A DNA stretch of 64,000 nucleotides from NCBI GenBank assembly GCA_963664225.1, contig OY760937.1, forward strand, positions 4,480,001 through 4,544,000, written 5' to 3'. Shown here in pieces: positions 38,513-48,674 of this stretch. The stretch's first letter is position 1. Each line of letters begins with the position of its first letter. This DNA is from Verrucomicrobiia bacterium. GTDB taxonomy: Bacteria > Verrucomicrobiota > Verrucomicrobiia > Limisphaerales > UBA1319. The notes below the pieces were generated by a model. The model had not been told where the DNA came from. It ran no database searches and worked only from the letters and a program-made list of their open reading frames with translations. The position numbers were made by a program, and so were the translations under genes.

Positions 38513-40465
38513 CTATGGGATGGCCACTATCCGGTAATACCGACGAGGCTGAGTCCCATCGGACACGTTAACGCTGGTGTCCATCCAGAGCTGAACCGGC
38601 TGGGTCAAGGTGATGTTTGTGAGAGTGGTCCAGGTGTTCGTTGCTGACACGTCGGTCGTGAATTGTATTCCGAAGTTCCTGCCGACTGTGCCTTCGATGG
38701 TCAAACCCGGATACATGCCGAGTGCAATGCCCGCGGGATTCACCACGAGCAGGGTTGGGGTGCTGGTAATGCTTCCAAAGTTGTTGCTGACTTTGACCTG
38801 GTAGGTGCCGGCGTCATAGAGTTCCAGACTCGGGATTGTCAGCGTGGCATTCGTGCCCCATGAAATCGGAAATTCATTAAAGTACCATTGATAGAATAGA
38901 GGCGAGGCTCCCTTGACCGTCACCTGCATGGAAGCGCTCTTCCCCCAATATCCGACCTGCCCGCTCGGTTGGGTCACGATAGTCGGGGGCGTCTCATCAC
39001 TAAGGGCCGCAATTTGGAGTCCGTTGAGATGACTGTAGCCTGCAAGACCACCATAGGCTCTAATGTTCAGCGGGGCGGCGCCGTTGGTTATGACGATATT
39101 GTGGAAGACGACGTACTGCGATCCCTCGACCCAATTAGTCAGGGCATAGCTGGCGTCAGTAGTGGTTGATTGGTACCCATAATCATGACCCCCCACCAGC
39201 AACTGGAAGATGGTGTTTGCATTAGCCGACCCGCCGTGGCCATAGAGATACACATCATAGCGCCCGCTGGACAGGTTGGTCACTGTCACGTCGATGGGGC
39301 CGGTCACGGTGTAGCAGTAGGTGCTGTACATTAGGTCTGGATGCGCAAAGTTCCAGTGGCCTGGACCGTTCTGGACAGTCAATCCCACGGAGGTTGTGGT
39401 TCCATCGGCTGTCTGCAGGTTTGTCACGCCCGCCAAAGTTGCATAAGGAGCCGTATAATTATTCCACAGGTCATTGGCGCTCTGCCCTGTGGCGGCATAT
39501 CCCACTTTTGCCAAATCATAAGCTGCGAAGTTAACGTTGAACAAGGTCAGCGGCTGGGACGGAGATACGATTAGAACAGCGTTGGAACTGGTTGTAGATC
39601 CGGAAGCATTAGAAACCACCACTGAATAACTCCCCGCATCGGCGAGTTGGGCATTGGTGAGCACCAGTGAAGAGCTGATGGCTCCGGTCAGCGCCGTCCC
39701 GTTCCGCAACCATTGATATTGGAGGGGCGGAGCACCCGTCGCGCTCACTGCAAACGTTGCGGCCTCGCCGACCAGCACAGTCCGGTTCGTGGGTTGCTCC
39801 AGAATCATGGGGGAAGCAGCCAAGGCCATCTGCAATCCGTTGAGGTGTGCGTCACCGGAGAGACCCGGGTGGGCTTTGACGGTGAGCGGTGCGCCGCCGT
39901 TGGTCACGGCCACATTCCGAAATACCACATATTGTGCTCCTTCAACAAAGTTGGTAAGGGCATAGCTTGCATTGGTGGTGGTGGGTTGAATCCCGTAATC
40001 GTAGCCATCGACCAGTACCTGAAAGAGGGTGTTTGCTTCGTTGGCTCCACCATGCCCGTATAGATATATATCCCATTTTCCGGACGGTAAATTTGTAACC
40101 GTCATCGTGATGTCTCCTTGGTCTTGGGAATAGCAATAGGTGCTGTACATCAAATCAGGATGCGAAAAATTCCAGTGGCCGGCGCCATTGTGAACGGTCA
40201 GTCCAATGGACGTGCCCGTTCCGGCAGCCGTTCTTAAATTGCTCAATCCAGCCAGTGCCTGATACGGGGCGGTGTAAGTGTTCCAGAAATCGTTCGCGCC
40301 CTGACCGGTGCCGGCAAAACCGGTCTTCACCAGATCATAAGCCGCGAAGTTCACGTTTACCAAAGTTTGTGCATGGGAGGACGACAGAGTGAGGATCAGC
40401 AAACTCGCAACCATTGCCACACGGAAGAACAACGAAGGCTGAATTTTATCTCCAAGGGTTCGCAT
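38513..40465 (-). CDS. Secreted protein: two copies of a beta-sandwich domain, each followed by an Ig domain, plus the shared C-terminal domain
   Basis: Signal peptide; NVNFAAYDL.K.G.A.TGQ.AND.WN.YTAPY twice; Ig motifs YQW....DAG.Y.V.VSN; ends RRYYRIVAIP. Confidence 0.8.
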   Translation of the reverse strand: MRTLGDKIQPSLFFRVAMVASLLILTLSSSHAQTLVNVNFAAYDLVKTGFAGTGQGANDFWNTYTAPYQALAGLSNLRTAAGTGTSIGLTVHNGAGHWNFSHPDLMYSTYCYSQDQGDITMTVTNLPSGKWDIYLYGHGGANEANTLFQVLVDGYDYGIQPTTTNASYALTNFVEGAQYVVFRNVAVTNGGAPLTVKAHPGLSGDAHLNGLQMALAASPMILEQPTNRTVLVGEAATFAVSATGAPPLQYQWLRNGTALTGAISSSLVLTNAQLADAGSYSVVVSNASGSTTSSNAVLIVSPSQPLTLFNVNFAAYDLAKVGYAATGQSANDLWNNYTAPYATLAGVTNLQTADGTTTSVGLTVQNGPGHWNFAHPDLMYSTYCYTVTGPIDVTVTNLSSGRYDVYLYGHGGSANANTIFQLLVGGHDYGYQSTTTDASYALTNWVEGSQYVVFHNIVITNGAAPLNIRAYGGLAGYSHLNGLQIAALSDETPPTIVTQPSGQVGYWGKSASMQVTVKGASPLFYQWYFNEFPISWGTNATLTIPSLELYDAGTYQVKVSNNFGSITSTPTLLVVNPAGIALGMYPGLTIEGTVGRNFGIQFTTDVSATNTWTTLTNITLTQPVQLWMDTSVNVSDGTQPRRYYRIVAIP

Positions 40466-40645
40466 AATATCGCTTTCTTGTGATGACGGCGCTCCGAACT
40501 GACTATTTTATAACGAAGGCGTCATTATGACGAAGTAGCGAAAGACGTCAACGAATAACTGAAAAAACTTGCGTTATTGCTGCCTTCAGTTCCAGGGAAC
40601 ATCAGTCGTTGTAAAAACGAATTGCCTCCGGGTTAAATCGACTGG

Positions 40646-40921
40646 TTAGCTCGATTTGTCGGCGAGATGCGCGCTGACCGCCTGGGCAATGGTGGAGACG
40701 TTTTGGAGGATCTGACGGGCGATTTCCGGACTGGGGATCTTGAGGCCGTAGGTTTTATCGAGTGCGACAACCAATTGCAGGGCGTCCACCGAGTCCAAAC
40801 CCAGGCTTCCCGGACCAAACAGGAGTTGTTCGTCGCCGATTTCGTCGTCGGTCACCTGCAGCATGAGGTTTTCCACCATCATACGCTTGATTTGCCGCTT
40901 ATAATCCAATTCCGTTTCCAT
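40646..40921 (-). CDS. Acyl carrier protein
   Basis: 91 aa, acidic, LGLDSVDAL phosphopantetheine site. Confidence 0.92.
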   Translation of the reverse strand: METELDYKRQIKRMMVENLMLQVTDDEIGDEQLLFGPGSLGLDSVDALQLVVALDKTYGLKIPSPEIARQILQNVSTIAQAVSAHLADKSS

Positions 40922-41652
40922 CAGAGAATTCCACCGTCAATTTTCAGAACTGAGCCTGTGATATAGCCCGCTTCATCACAAGCCAAAAAGCGGATGGCTG
41001 CGGCGATTTCTTCGGGTTTGCCGAACCGCCGCATGGGAATGCGCGATTGCAGGGACTGACGCTCCGGGCCGGTCATTTTCGAGAGCACGTCCGTTTCGAT
41101 GTATCCTGGGCAGAGGGCGTTGACGGTGATTCCAATGCGGGCCATTTCCTTGGCCAGGGATTGGGTCAAAGCCACAACACCGGCCTTTGCGGCGGCATAG
41201 TTGGTCTGGCCTGCCGGTGGAAGCAGCGCGCTCAGGGAAGAGATGTTGATGATCCGGCCTTTGCGCTGGCTGATCATGGCGGGTAACACCGCCTGGCAAC
41301 CGTAAAAAACACCGTTGAGATTTGTGTCCAAAACCTGCCGCCAACTCGCTGGGGTCATGGTGCCCAGGAGCGCGTCATCGTGCGTCCCGGCATTGTTCAC
41401 CAGCACATCCACACGCGTGTCTGCGTCGAGTAATGCATCAACGGCGCCCTTCCATGCCTCTGGAGAGGTCACGTCCAGCGGCACGCATCGGCATCGGCCC
41501 GGATACTCGCGAGTCAGTTGATCCGCGCGTTCCCGCCGGGAACGGACGGCAAGCCAGATGGAGTTCTCCGGGCGCTCCGCAAGGAACGCCTTTGCGACTG
41601 CAATGCCCAGTCCGCCGTTGGCACCGGTAATTAAAATGACGCGTTTATTCAT
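40921..41652 (-). CDS. fabG: 3-oxoacyl-ACP reductase (FabG-like SDR)
   Basis: TGANGGLG, LVNNAG, NYAAAK, PGYIET, IDGG. Confidence 0.9.
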   Translation of the reverse strand: MNKRVILITGANGGLGIAVAKAFLAERPENSIWLAVRSRRERADQLTREYPGRCRCVPLDVTSPEAWKGAVDALLDADTRVDVLVNNAGTHDDALLGTMTPASWRQVLDTNLNGVFYGCQAVLPAMISQRKGRIINISSLSALLPPAGQTNYAAAKAGVVALTQSLAKEMARIGITVNALCPGYIETDVLSKMTGPERQSLQSRIPMRRFGKPEEIAAAIRFLACDEAGYITGSVLKIDGGIL

Positions 41653-42704
41653 GGGGCAGATTGGGCCGGAACCGTTGCGGGTTGAGCGCGTTCAAAACGC
41701 GCTCCAATCGCCTGTTGACTGCCGCCGACCAAACTGATGTTCACGCCAATGTATGGTCCCTGCATCAAAGCATCAACCCCGGCGACACATTGCCAGGCGG
41801 CGGCGGCCATCAAACCTTCGCCCAGGATTCGTTTCGGGCTCAGGCGCGGATTGGTCCAATCGCGCCATGCCGCCAGTTCCGGCGCGCTGGAACGGAAGCT
41901 TTCGCTGGTGCCGTCGCAGAGCAGGTCGCCGGATTGATTTGCCGGCAACTCGCTGCGCATTGACTTTACAGCGGCAGTGCGGCAAGTGTGGTGGGTCATT
42001 GAATGCGCACTGGTAATGGCGGTCAGACCGGCCCCGATGGACCAGGCGGGATTGAGACTCAAGCACAAGGCGCCGGCACCCCCGCTGAGGATTGCCGAAT
42101 GTTCCAGGTGCCACAGCGCGTCGGCCAGCAACCAGTTGGTTTCCTCGGCGCCCACCACGACGCAGGCATCGACCTGCCGGTCCTCCAGCCAATCAATCGC
42201 GAGCGAGAGTCCCTGCAGGAACGTGCCGGGATCGCCGACCAGGGTGTAAACGGACGGTGTGTCGCCCAACAAGGCGCTCACATGGCTGGCCGGCGCCGAG
42301 AAGACCGTTTCAGGAAACAGGAGCGGGCTGGCCGTGGCCGGATCCTGGAGCGCTTCCGCCCAGAACCGGGAGGAATAAAGCACACATCCGGCATTGAGAC
42401 AGGAGATCACGCCCAGACGGCAATGGGGCCCGGCAATGGATTGCACTCGGGCCACAGCTTCCAATGTGGCCGATGCGGCGTAATGCGTAATGGGACTGGC
42501 GCGCCTTAAACGTGGATGGCTGAGAAATGCGGGACGACCGATTGGCGCAGGCACCGGGCGCGATCGCAACGGCTTGCTCCAGCCGGGTCTGAGCAATGGT
42601 TCAACCGGAAGTGGAACGCCCTGACTCAATGCCTGACGCATGGCCGCCACATCCCAGCCCGCTGGTGACACTGCTCCCACGCCGCAGACAAATACCTGGC
42701 TCAT
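41649..42704 (-). CDS. Ketosynthase-like protein without catalytic Cys (chain-length-factor-like)
   Basis: CGVGAVSPAG, RLRR.S, ASPLLFPETV; YTLVGD where KS has the active Cys; ATGA-coupled to the KS gene. Confidence 0.8.
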   Translation of the reverse strand: MSQVFVCGVGAVSPAGWDVAAMRQALSQGVPLPVEPLLRPGWSKPLRSRPVPAPIGRPAFLSHPRLRRASPITHYAASATLEAVARVQSIAGPHCRLGVISCLNAGCVLYSSRFWAEALQDPATASPLLFPETVFSAPASHVSALLGDTPSVYTLVGDPGTFLQGLSLAIDWLEDRQVDACVVVGAEETNWLLADALWHLEHSAILSGGAGALCLSLNPAWSIGAGLTAITSAHSMTHHTCRTAAVKSMRSELPANQSGDLLCDGTSESFRSSAPELAAWRDWTNPRLSPKRILGEGLMAAAAWQCVAGVDALMQGPYIGVNISLVGGSQQAIGARFERAQPATVPAQSAP

Positions 42705-43939
42705 GGCCACCTCCGAAAAAGCAGTGTGGCGTTGATTCCACCAAACCCAAATGAGTTTGAGAGCACCACGTTCAATGTTGCATCTTGAGGTTGTCGCACC
42801 ACAGGAAAGTTGCAGGCGGGATCGGGAGTTTCAACGTCGATTTCCGGCGGCAGCCACTGTTCCCGAAGCGTCATGAGACAAACGACGGCCTCCGCTGCTC
42901 CCGCTGCGCCGAGCAAGTGCCCGACGCTGGCTTTGGTGGAACTGACTGGCAAAGTTACCGCCCGCGCGCCGGCCCAACGGTTGATGGCGGTGGCTTCGGC
43001 AGAATCGTTCAAAGGCGTTCCTGTGCCGTGGGCGTTGATATAGTCCACCTCGGCCGGCTCGATGCGGGCCGACTTGCAGGCCAGATTCATCGCCGCCAGT
43101 GCGCCGTCCCCCTGAGGATGGGGCTGGGTCAAATGATGCCTATCGATGGTCGAACCGTAACCGATGATTTCTCCCAGGATGAAGGCACCACGGCGCCTGG
43201 CATGCGGCAAGGACTCCAATGCCAGCACACCTGCTCCTTCGCCCAAAAGCAGGCCGTTGCGAGCGGCATCAAACGGACGGCATGTCGTTGGTGAAAGCAC
43301 CTGAAGCGAGTCGAAGCCCGCATAGACCATCTGGCTGTGGGCATCGTAACCCCCGGCCAAAATTCGCTCCGCATGGCCGTGGCGAATCATCTGCCAGGCG
43401 AGCCCGACCGCGTCGCTGCCCGAAGCGCAGGCGTTGGACACAATGCGCACCGGCCCAGTGAAACCCAAGGCTTCGCTGACGGCCCGGGCCTGGGTCTGCG
43501 CCTGGTAATGGAGCGCGCGGGTGGGTTGGCGACCATGGTGGCTGGGAGTTTCCACCGCCTGACGATAATAATCCTCGCCCAGGTTCATGCCGCCAGCCGT
43601 GGTTCCGAGTACGAACGGCAAATCTTCCGCAGACTGCCAACCCGATTGCTCCCAGGCTTCATGGGCGGCGAGCAGAAGCAATTTCGCCCCACGATCCAGC
43701 CGAGCCGCCTGCCGCGTGGTCAACTGGCCCATGGGGATGCTCTGTGGCAAATCCACCTCCGCGGCTAATTTGACCTTTTGGCGGCTGACATCAAAAAGAG
43801 TCACAGGGCGCGCGGTTGTGCGACCGACGCGAAAGCCCCCTGCATTGCTTTTCCAACCAATGCCCAAGGCCGAGACAATACCGGCACCGGTGATCACCAC
43901 TCTCGGCGGTTCGGCGGGTCTATTTATCGGATAGAGCAT
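42701..43939 (-). CDS. Beta-ketoacyl-ACP synthase (FabF-like, type II PKS/FAS)
   Basis: VVITGAG, SNACASG (Cys), NAHGTGTPLND, GHLLGAAG, SNSFGFGG. Confidence 0.93.
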   Translation of the reverse strand: MLYPINRPAEPPRVVITGAGIVSALGIGWKSNAGGFRVGRTTARPVTLFDVSRQKVKLAAEVDLPQSIPMGQLTTRQAARLDRGAKLLLLAAHEAWEQSGWQSAEDLPFVLGTTAGGMNLGEDYYRQAVETPSHHGRQPTRALHYQAQTQARAVSEALGFTGPVRIVSNACASGSDAVGLAWQMIRHGHAERILAGGYDAHSQMVYAGFDSLQVLSPTTCRPFDAARNGLLLGEGAGVLALESLPHARRRGAFILGEIIGYGSTIDRHHLTQPHPQGDGALAAMNLACKSARIEPAEVDYINAHGTGTPLNDSAEATAINRWAGARAVTLPVSSTKASVGHLLGAAGAAEAVVCLMTLREQWLPPEIDVETPDPACNFPVVRQPQDATLNVVLSNSFGFGGINATLLFRRWP

Positions 43940-45245
43940 GTCGCGCAAGTTTATGTACGCTTTGGCGAAAGCCAAGGTTCATTGGGTAAAAAAGGTTCTT
44001 CCACGCGGTGGTGCCCCAGAGGCGTTTGACGATTGAGGGAATGGTATAGACCTCTTTGAGGGCGCCGAAATAGCCCCTCAGAAGTTGATCTGGAGTGAAG
44101 TGTTTTGGCTGAAACACCACATGGTTGGCGTCATAGAGGGACCAATCGCGGCTGATAATACGGCCCTCATCCTCCAGGCGTTTGTGCAGCCGCGTGCCGG
44201 GATAAGGAGTGAGAATCGAAAAATAGGCCACCTCGAGCTTGGCCTTTTCGACGAAGTCCAGGGTCCGATCGAAAACGCCCTCATCATCCGTGTCGAAACC
44301 GAAAACAAACGAACCGTCGATGCCAATGCCGTGGTCATGAATGCGATGCACCACGTCCATATAATCCTGGGGCCGGTTGACGCGTTTGCCCACCGACTCG
44401 AGGGTTTGGGACGAGAGCGTTTCGAAACCGAGAAACAGCCCCCGGCAACCGCTTTGCTGACAAAGTTTCAACAGAGCGTCGTCTTTGGCGATGTTCATTG
44501 AAGTCTGGCCGAACCATTGCAGGCCCATATCACTGATGCGGGTCAGCAGTTCGTGAGCATACGCACGATTGCTGATGATGTTGTCATCGACAAAGAAAAG
44601 GCAGTTTTTGAGAGTGAACCGGCCACCAAACGGCTCCAGACCCTGCAATTCGGACAGGACTTCCTCAATGGGGCGGTTGCGGTAACGGCCTCCAAACGCG
44701 CTGGTAACGGCGCAGAATTCACAATTAATGGGACAGCCCCGGGTGGTTTCCACAAAATGCACCGGCAGATATTTTTTGGGCCGGTAGAGATTCCAATCCG
44801 GCTGGGGCAATTCCGCCAGCGGAGGCAAATCGCCCGTGTGCTCGTAGATGGGCTCAAGCTGGTTTCGTTCCAGGTCCCGCAGCAGGCGCGGCCACAGCCC
44901 TTCGGCCTCCGCCACCACCACACTATCGCAATGCTGCAAGGCTTCCTGAGGCAGGCACGATACATGCATTCCGCCCATGACCACTTTGATCCCCTTGCGA
45001 CGAAAGTGGTCGGCAATCTCGTAACCGCGCTGCGCCGTGGTTGTCATGGTGCTGATGCCCACCAAATCAGCTTCGAGTTCCAAGTCGAGAGTTTCGACCC
45101 GCTCGTCCACCAGCGTCACATCCCAATCTGGCGGAGTAAGAGCGGCGACTTTCAACAGCCCCAGCGAGGGCATGCGAAAGAAGAAACTACCGCCCATGAG
45201 GCTGTTTTTCGCCAGAGGAGAAATGAGTAAAAGCCGCTTGTTCAT
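43920..45245 (-). CDS. B12-binding radical SAM protein
   Basis: PSLGL, VVMGGMH, RGCPINCEFC, FFVDDN, FVFGFD, TPYPGT; ATG 45245 overlaps the upstream TGA. Confidence 0.92.
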   Translation of the reverse strand: MNKRLLLISPLAKNSLMGGSFFFRMPSLGLLKVAALTPPDWDVTLVDERVETLDLELEADLVGISTMTTTAQRGYEIADHFRRKGIKVVMGGMHVSCLPQEALQHCDSVVVAEAEGLWPRLLRDLERNQLEPIYEHTGDLPPLAELPQPDWNLYRPKKYLPVHFVETTRGCPINCEFCAVTSAFGGRYRNRPIEEVLSELQGLEPFGGRFTLKNCLFFVDDNIISNRAYAHELLTRISDMGLQWFGQTSMNIAKDDALLKLCQQSGCRGLFLGFETLSSQTLESVGKRVNRPQDYMDVVHRIHDHGIGIDGSFVFGFDTDDEGVFDRTLDFVEKAKLEVAYFSILTPYPGTRLHKRLEDEGRIISRDWSLYDANHVVFQPKHFTPDQLLRGYFGALKEVYTIPSIVKRLWGTTAWKNLFYPMNLGFRQSVHKLARHALSDK

Positions 45246-46654
45246 TTGAAAGGGCTGCTGTCGGCCCCTTGGGGCCAAAGTCGCTGGATGACTGAAAAAT
45301 AACTCCACAACGGGCCAACCACACCGCGTCGGCGCAACCGTTCGACCAGTTCGGTGTAGGCGGGTGCGGGATCGCCCACCACCCAATTGGGCGAAAGGCG
45401 GGCGAATTCACGCAACTGTTCAAACACCGCGCCATTATTCAAGCCCGGAGCCAGATAGTAGTGTGGATAGAGCAGAACTTGCGCTGGTTGAATCTGGCCC
45501 TCCACCACTGCCCGGTTGTAAAGGTCGGTTTGTGGATAGATACGCATTCCCACCACGGCCATGATCGTCGAGTCGCGAAGTTGCTTCGCATTCTCAAAGC
45601 CCTGGCGGAGGCTTGCCATGGTTTCGCCAGGACCGCCCGCGATGAGAAAGTGGCAGCAATCCATATGCGTTTTGCGGGCCAACTCCGTCGAAAACAAAAT
45701 ATCTTCGAAGCTGAATCCTTTCTGGTAGGCGTGGAGCACGTCATCGCAAAAACTATCCGAACCAAATTCGACATGGGCCAGTCCGGCACGGGCCATGAGC
45801 TGCATCAGTTCGGCAGTCAGACCTTGCGGACGCAGGAAGCAGCCCCAGGAGATTTTGACACCCCGACGAAGGATGGCTTCACAAATCTCCTCAACATGCT
45901 GTCGGGAGGAATTGAACACCGAATCGACAATGAACGCATATTTGACGTTCAAGCGCTCCAGTTGGGAAAATTCCTCGGCCACCAGTTCCGCTGGACGCCG
46001 CCGATGTCCCCGTCCCTCCACAACCGGATAGGTGCAGTAGCAGCAGCGATAGGCACAACCGCGCTGGGTTTGGACGTTGAGGACTCCGCTGGTGTTTCGA
46101 TAGCGGTCCACCACCGCAACAGGTCTGTCCGATTCCATCACCACACTGTCGAAAGGCCGTGGCTCGGGCGGATTGATCATTACCTGACCATTCTTTCGAT
46201 GAACCAGTCCTGGAATACCCTCCCAGTTTTTGCCTTCTTCAAGGCTTTGAATTAGGCGCGTCAGGCTCGATTCGCCTTCGCCAGAGATGCCAAAATCGGC
46301 TCCTGAGAGTTCGAGCAATTGGGCGGGGAATATGGTAAAGCCGCTGCCTCCAAGAATAATGCGGCGGACATTATGATGACGGATGGTGGCACAGATGGAG
46401 GGCAGATCGTCGAAGAAAGTCTGTTGTTTGCGGATGATCACATCGTCAATGTTCCGCAAGGATATGCCCACAAAATCTGGGTGAAAGGATTCGAGCGTCG
46501 CATCGAGCTGGTCGGCCTGGTCGAGAAGATCCAGCCAGAGGCATTCATGGCCGGACTGGCGCAGGGCCGCCTGCAGATAGGTCAGCCCCAAGGGAAAGAC
46601 CCGCTCGGGATTCGCACACCGGTTGGCGCTAATTAGAAGAATCCGGCTCGGCAT
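45242..46654 (-). CDS. Lipid-biosynthesis B12-binding radical SAM protein (type found in ladderane-like clusters)
   Basis: VFPLGL, GISLRNIDD, ILGGSGF, QTQRGCAYRCCYCTYP, DSVFN, GGPGET, GMRIYP. Confidence 0.88.
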   Translation of the reverse strand: MPSRILLISANRCANPERVFPLGLTYLQAALRQSGHECLWLDLLDQADQLDATLESFHPDFVGISLRNIDDVIIRKQQTFFDDLPSICATIRHHNVRRIILGGSGFTIFPAQLLELSGADFGISGEGESSLTRLIQSLEEGKNWEGIPGLVHRKNGQVMINPPEPRPFDSVVMESDRPVAVVDRYRNTSGVLNVQTQRGCAYRCCYCTYPVVEGRGHRRRPAELVAEEFSQLERLNVKYAFIVDSVFNSSRQHVEEICEAILRRGVKISWGCFLRPQGLTAELMQLMARAGLAHVEFGSDSFCDDVLHAYQKGFSFEDILFSTELARKTHMDCCHFLIAGGPGETMASLRQGFENAKQLRDSTIMAVVGMRIYPQTDLYNRAVVEGQIQPAQVLLYPHYYLAPGLNNGAVFEQLREFARLSPNWVVGDPAPAYTELVERLRRRGVVGPLWSYFSVIQRLWPQGADSSPFK

Positions 46655-46791
46655 CGTTTTTCATGCCCCAACGTTTGAATTTGATGCAATGCGCCACATC
46701 TAGGACTGAGGTTCTAGCCGTGAACACGTCCCAGGCGCAACATTAAATGGATTCTCTTCAATTATATCGGCCAATCCTGTAGATTGGGGTT

Positions 46792-47523
46792 GTGGATTCG
46801 AATTGGCCTGAAAGGGGCGCGGCTGTGGTTCCGTGCATTAACGAAGCCGCCACCATCGGAAGAGTGGTGGGCGAACTGCGCGCCTTTCTGCCGAAGGTCA
46901 TCATTGTGGACGATGGCTCGACCGATGCAACCGCCGTCATCGCGACCCAGGCAGGGGCGGGAGTGGTGCGCCATTCAAGGAACTTGGGCAAAGGGGCCGC
47001 TTTAAAGACAGGCTTTGCCGCAGCCATCGATGCGGGCGCCGAATGGGCCGTGATGCTGGACGGGGACGGTCAGCACAAGCCAATGGATATTCCCGCCATA
47101 CTAACCTGCGCACAAACCACCGGTGCGCCACTTGTGGTAGGGAATCGGATGCACGATAAGCGAGCCATTCCCTGGCTACGACGGCAGGTGAACGCAGGCA
47201 TGAGCCGCGCAATCTCGCGTCATCTCGGCCATCATCTTCCAGATACGCAGTGCGGTTTTCGATTTGTGGACCTGAAAGTGTGGCGCACGTTGTCGATCCG
47301 AAGCTGCCATTTCGAGATCGAGTCGGAGATGCTGGCGGCTTTCATTCTCGCGGGCTGCCGGGTGGAGTTTGTTCCGATTCAGGTGGTTGGGTGCGGGCCA
47401 TGCAGCCGTATTCGCCCAATTCGAGACACCTGGCGCTGGCTCAAATGGTGGGTCTCGCTCCTCAAACCTGTCGCATTCGACTTGCGCGAGAGTCCCCCGG
47501 CAGCGCATCCTCCTGCCCAATGA
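46792..47523 (+). CDS. Glycosyltransferase family 2 (polyprenol-phosphate sugar transferase-like)
   Basis: VVPCINE, VDDGSTD, NLGKGAAL, LDGDGQH, DTQCGFR. Confidence 0.9.
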   Translation: MDSNWPERGAAVVPCINEAATIGRVVGELRAFLPKVIIVDDGSTDATAVIATQAGAGVVRHSRNLGKGAALKTGFAAAIDAGAEWAVMLDGDGQHKPMDIPAILTCAQTTGAPLVVGNRMHDKRAIPWLRRQVNAGMSRAISRHLGHHLPDTQCGFRFVDLKVWRTLSIRSCHFEIESEMLAAFILAGCRVEFVPIQVVGCGPCSRIRPIRDTWRWLKWWVSLLKPVAFDLRESPPAAHPPAQ

Positions 47524-47885
47524 TACCGACTGCCTCCAGTCTCAAACCAGTGTCGGCCCGTCGTGGTTGGGCAAATCGCCTGGCACGGAAGGTCCTGTCT
47601 CTTGTGGTCGCGGGGATTGTACTGGGTTGGGCCTACGAATGGGCGGCCGTGCGTTTCTACCAGGCAGACCGTACGGCAGGTTTCTGGCACGGAACGATGC
47701 ACGGTGCGTTAATGCCCGCGGCCCTGCCGAGCCTGTTGTTGGGCAAGGACGTCCCTATTTTCGCCGGAAACAACACAGGGCGCACTTACAAACTTGGCTA
47801 CATCACCGGTATTAACGCCTGCGGATTGCTCTTCTTTGGCCTGGCCTTCCGAAATCCAAAATCGACCACCGACCCAGAGGCGTAG
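47520..47885 (+). CDS. Small hypothetical membrane protein
   Basis: ATG 47520 overlaps the GT2 stop (ATGA); AGFWHG..HGALMP, YKLGYITGIN; hydrophobic segments. Confidence 0.7.
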   Translation: MIPTASSLKPVSARRGWANRLARKVLSLVVAGIVLGWAYEWAAVRFYQADRTAGFWHGTMHGALMPAALPSLLLGKDVPIFAGNNTGRTYKLGYITGINACGLLFFGLAFRNPKSTTDPEA

Positions 47886-47900
47886 GAACTGGCGATTCGT

Positions 47901-48635
47901 TCAGTAAAACCAACCGCGATACACCTCGATGACATCCAATGGGCCACCCGCCCAGTAGTGGTTCTGCGGGAATGAAAACGTCCGTTGCGTCTGGTCATAA
48001 ACCAACTGAGTCGGCGCAGCCGGTTGGTTGGGATCATACGCAGAGAAGCAAATATTCTCATCCGACCTGGCCAGATTAAAGAGTGTGATGCCATGATTGA
48101 TGGTCAATTGCGGAAAGCGAACCAGATGGACAATGGGATCCGGTTTGGTTTTAAACGCATGAATCAGCCGTTCGGCCATGTCCTCCTGATGATTGCGTGA
48201 AATCGGGAAAACCATCCGCCAATGACTGCGCAGGAAATAGGATTGCCAGGCGCCGCCGCAATGGGCCTTGAGGACCGGTTCCTGGGCGCGGCTGAAGGAT
48301 CGAAGACAGTCGTAGCCTGGAATCATTATCCGACTGCTTTCAGGGCTGGGCACCCTTGGGTCGCGCTGAACAACCGCGCGAATCAACCGGGCATAAGTGG
48401 AGGCGTCCGCCACAGGTTCGTTCGGGGCAAACCGGGCATGATAAAAGAACTGCCGGGCGGAGCGCACCATTACAAAGCAGCGGTGCGCATAGGTTGGGGG
48501 AGGGGAGTTGCGCCGGGTGGTCAGGGCTCCGGTTGCGGGATCGAACCGATACTCCCAGAACAATTCGTTGGCGAATGCAAAGGTGTCCTGCTCGAAGTTG
48601 AAAGGGCGGTTCTGGTGGTCAACATCGCAAATCAT
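47901..48635 (-). CDS. Hypothetical protein inside the lipid cluster
   Basis: 244-aa ORF filling the gap; DTFAFANE, HRCFVM, INHG, YDPN. Confidence 0.7.
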   Translation of the reverse strand: MICDVDHQNRPFNFEQDTFAFANELFWEYRFDPATGALTTRRNSPPPTYAHRCFVMVRSARQFFYHARFAPNEPVADASTYARLIRAVVQRDPRVPSPESSRIMIPGYDCLRSFSRAQEPVLKAHCGGAWQSYFLRSHWRMVFPISRNHQEDMAERLIHAFKTKPDPIVHLVRFPQLTINHGITLFNLARSDENICFSAYDPNQPAAPTQLVYDQTQRTFSFPQNHYWAGGPLDVIEVYRGWFY

Positions 48636-48674
48636 GCTTGCGGCAGACTCTAGCGATTGATTAGGAAGGTGTAA

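Noticed and set aside
40520..40532. Palindrome cgtcat-t-atgacg upstream of the 40465 gene
   Set aside because: Single short occurrence; could be an operator but cannot be told from chance.
40646..46654. True ladderane biosynthesis / anammox organism
   Set aside because: Similar rSAM-FAS clusters occur in non-anammox bacteria, and nothing else in the window points to anammox.
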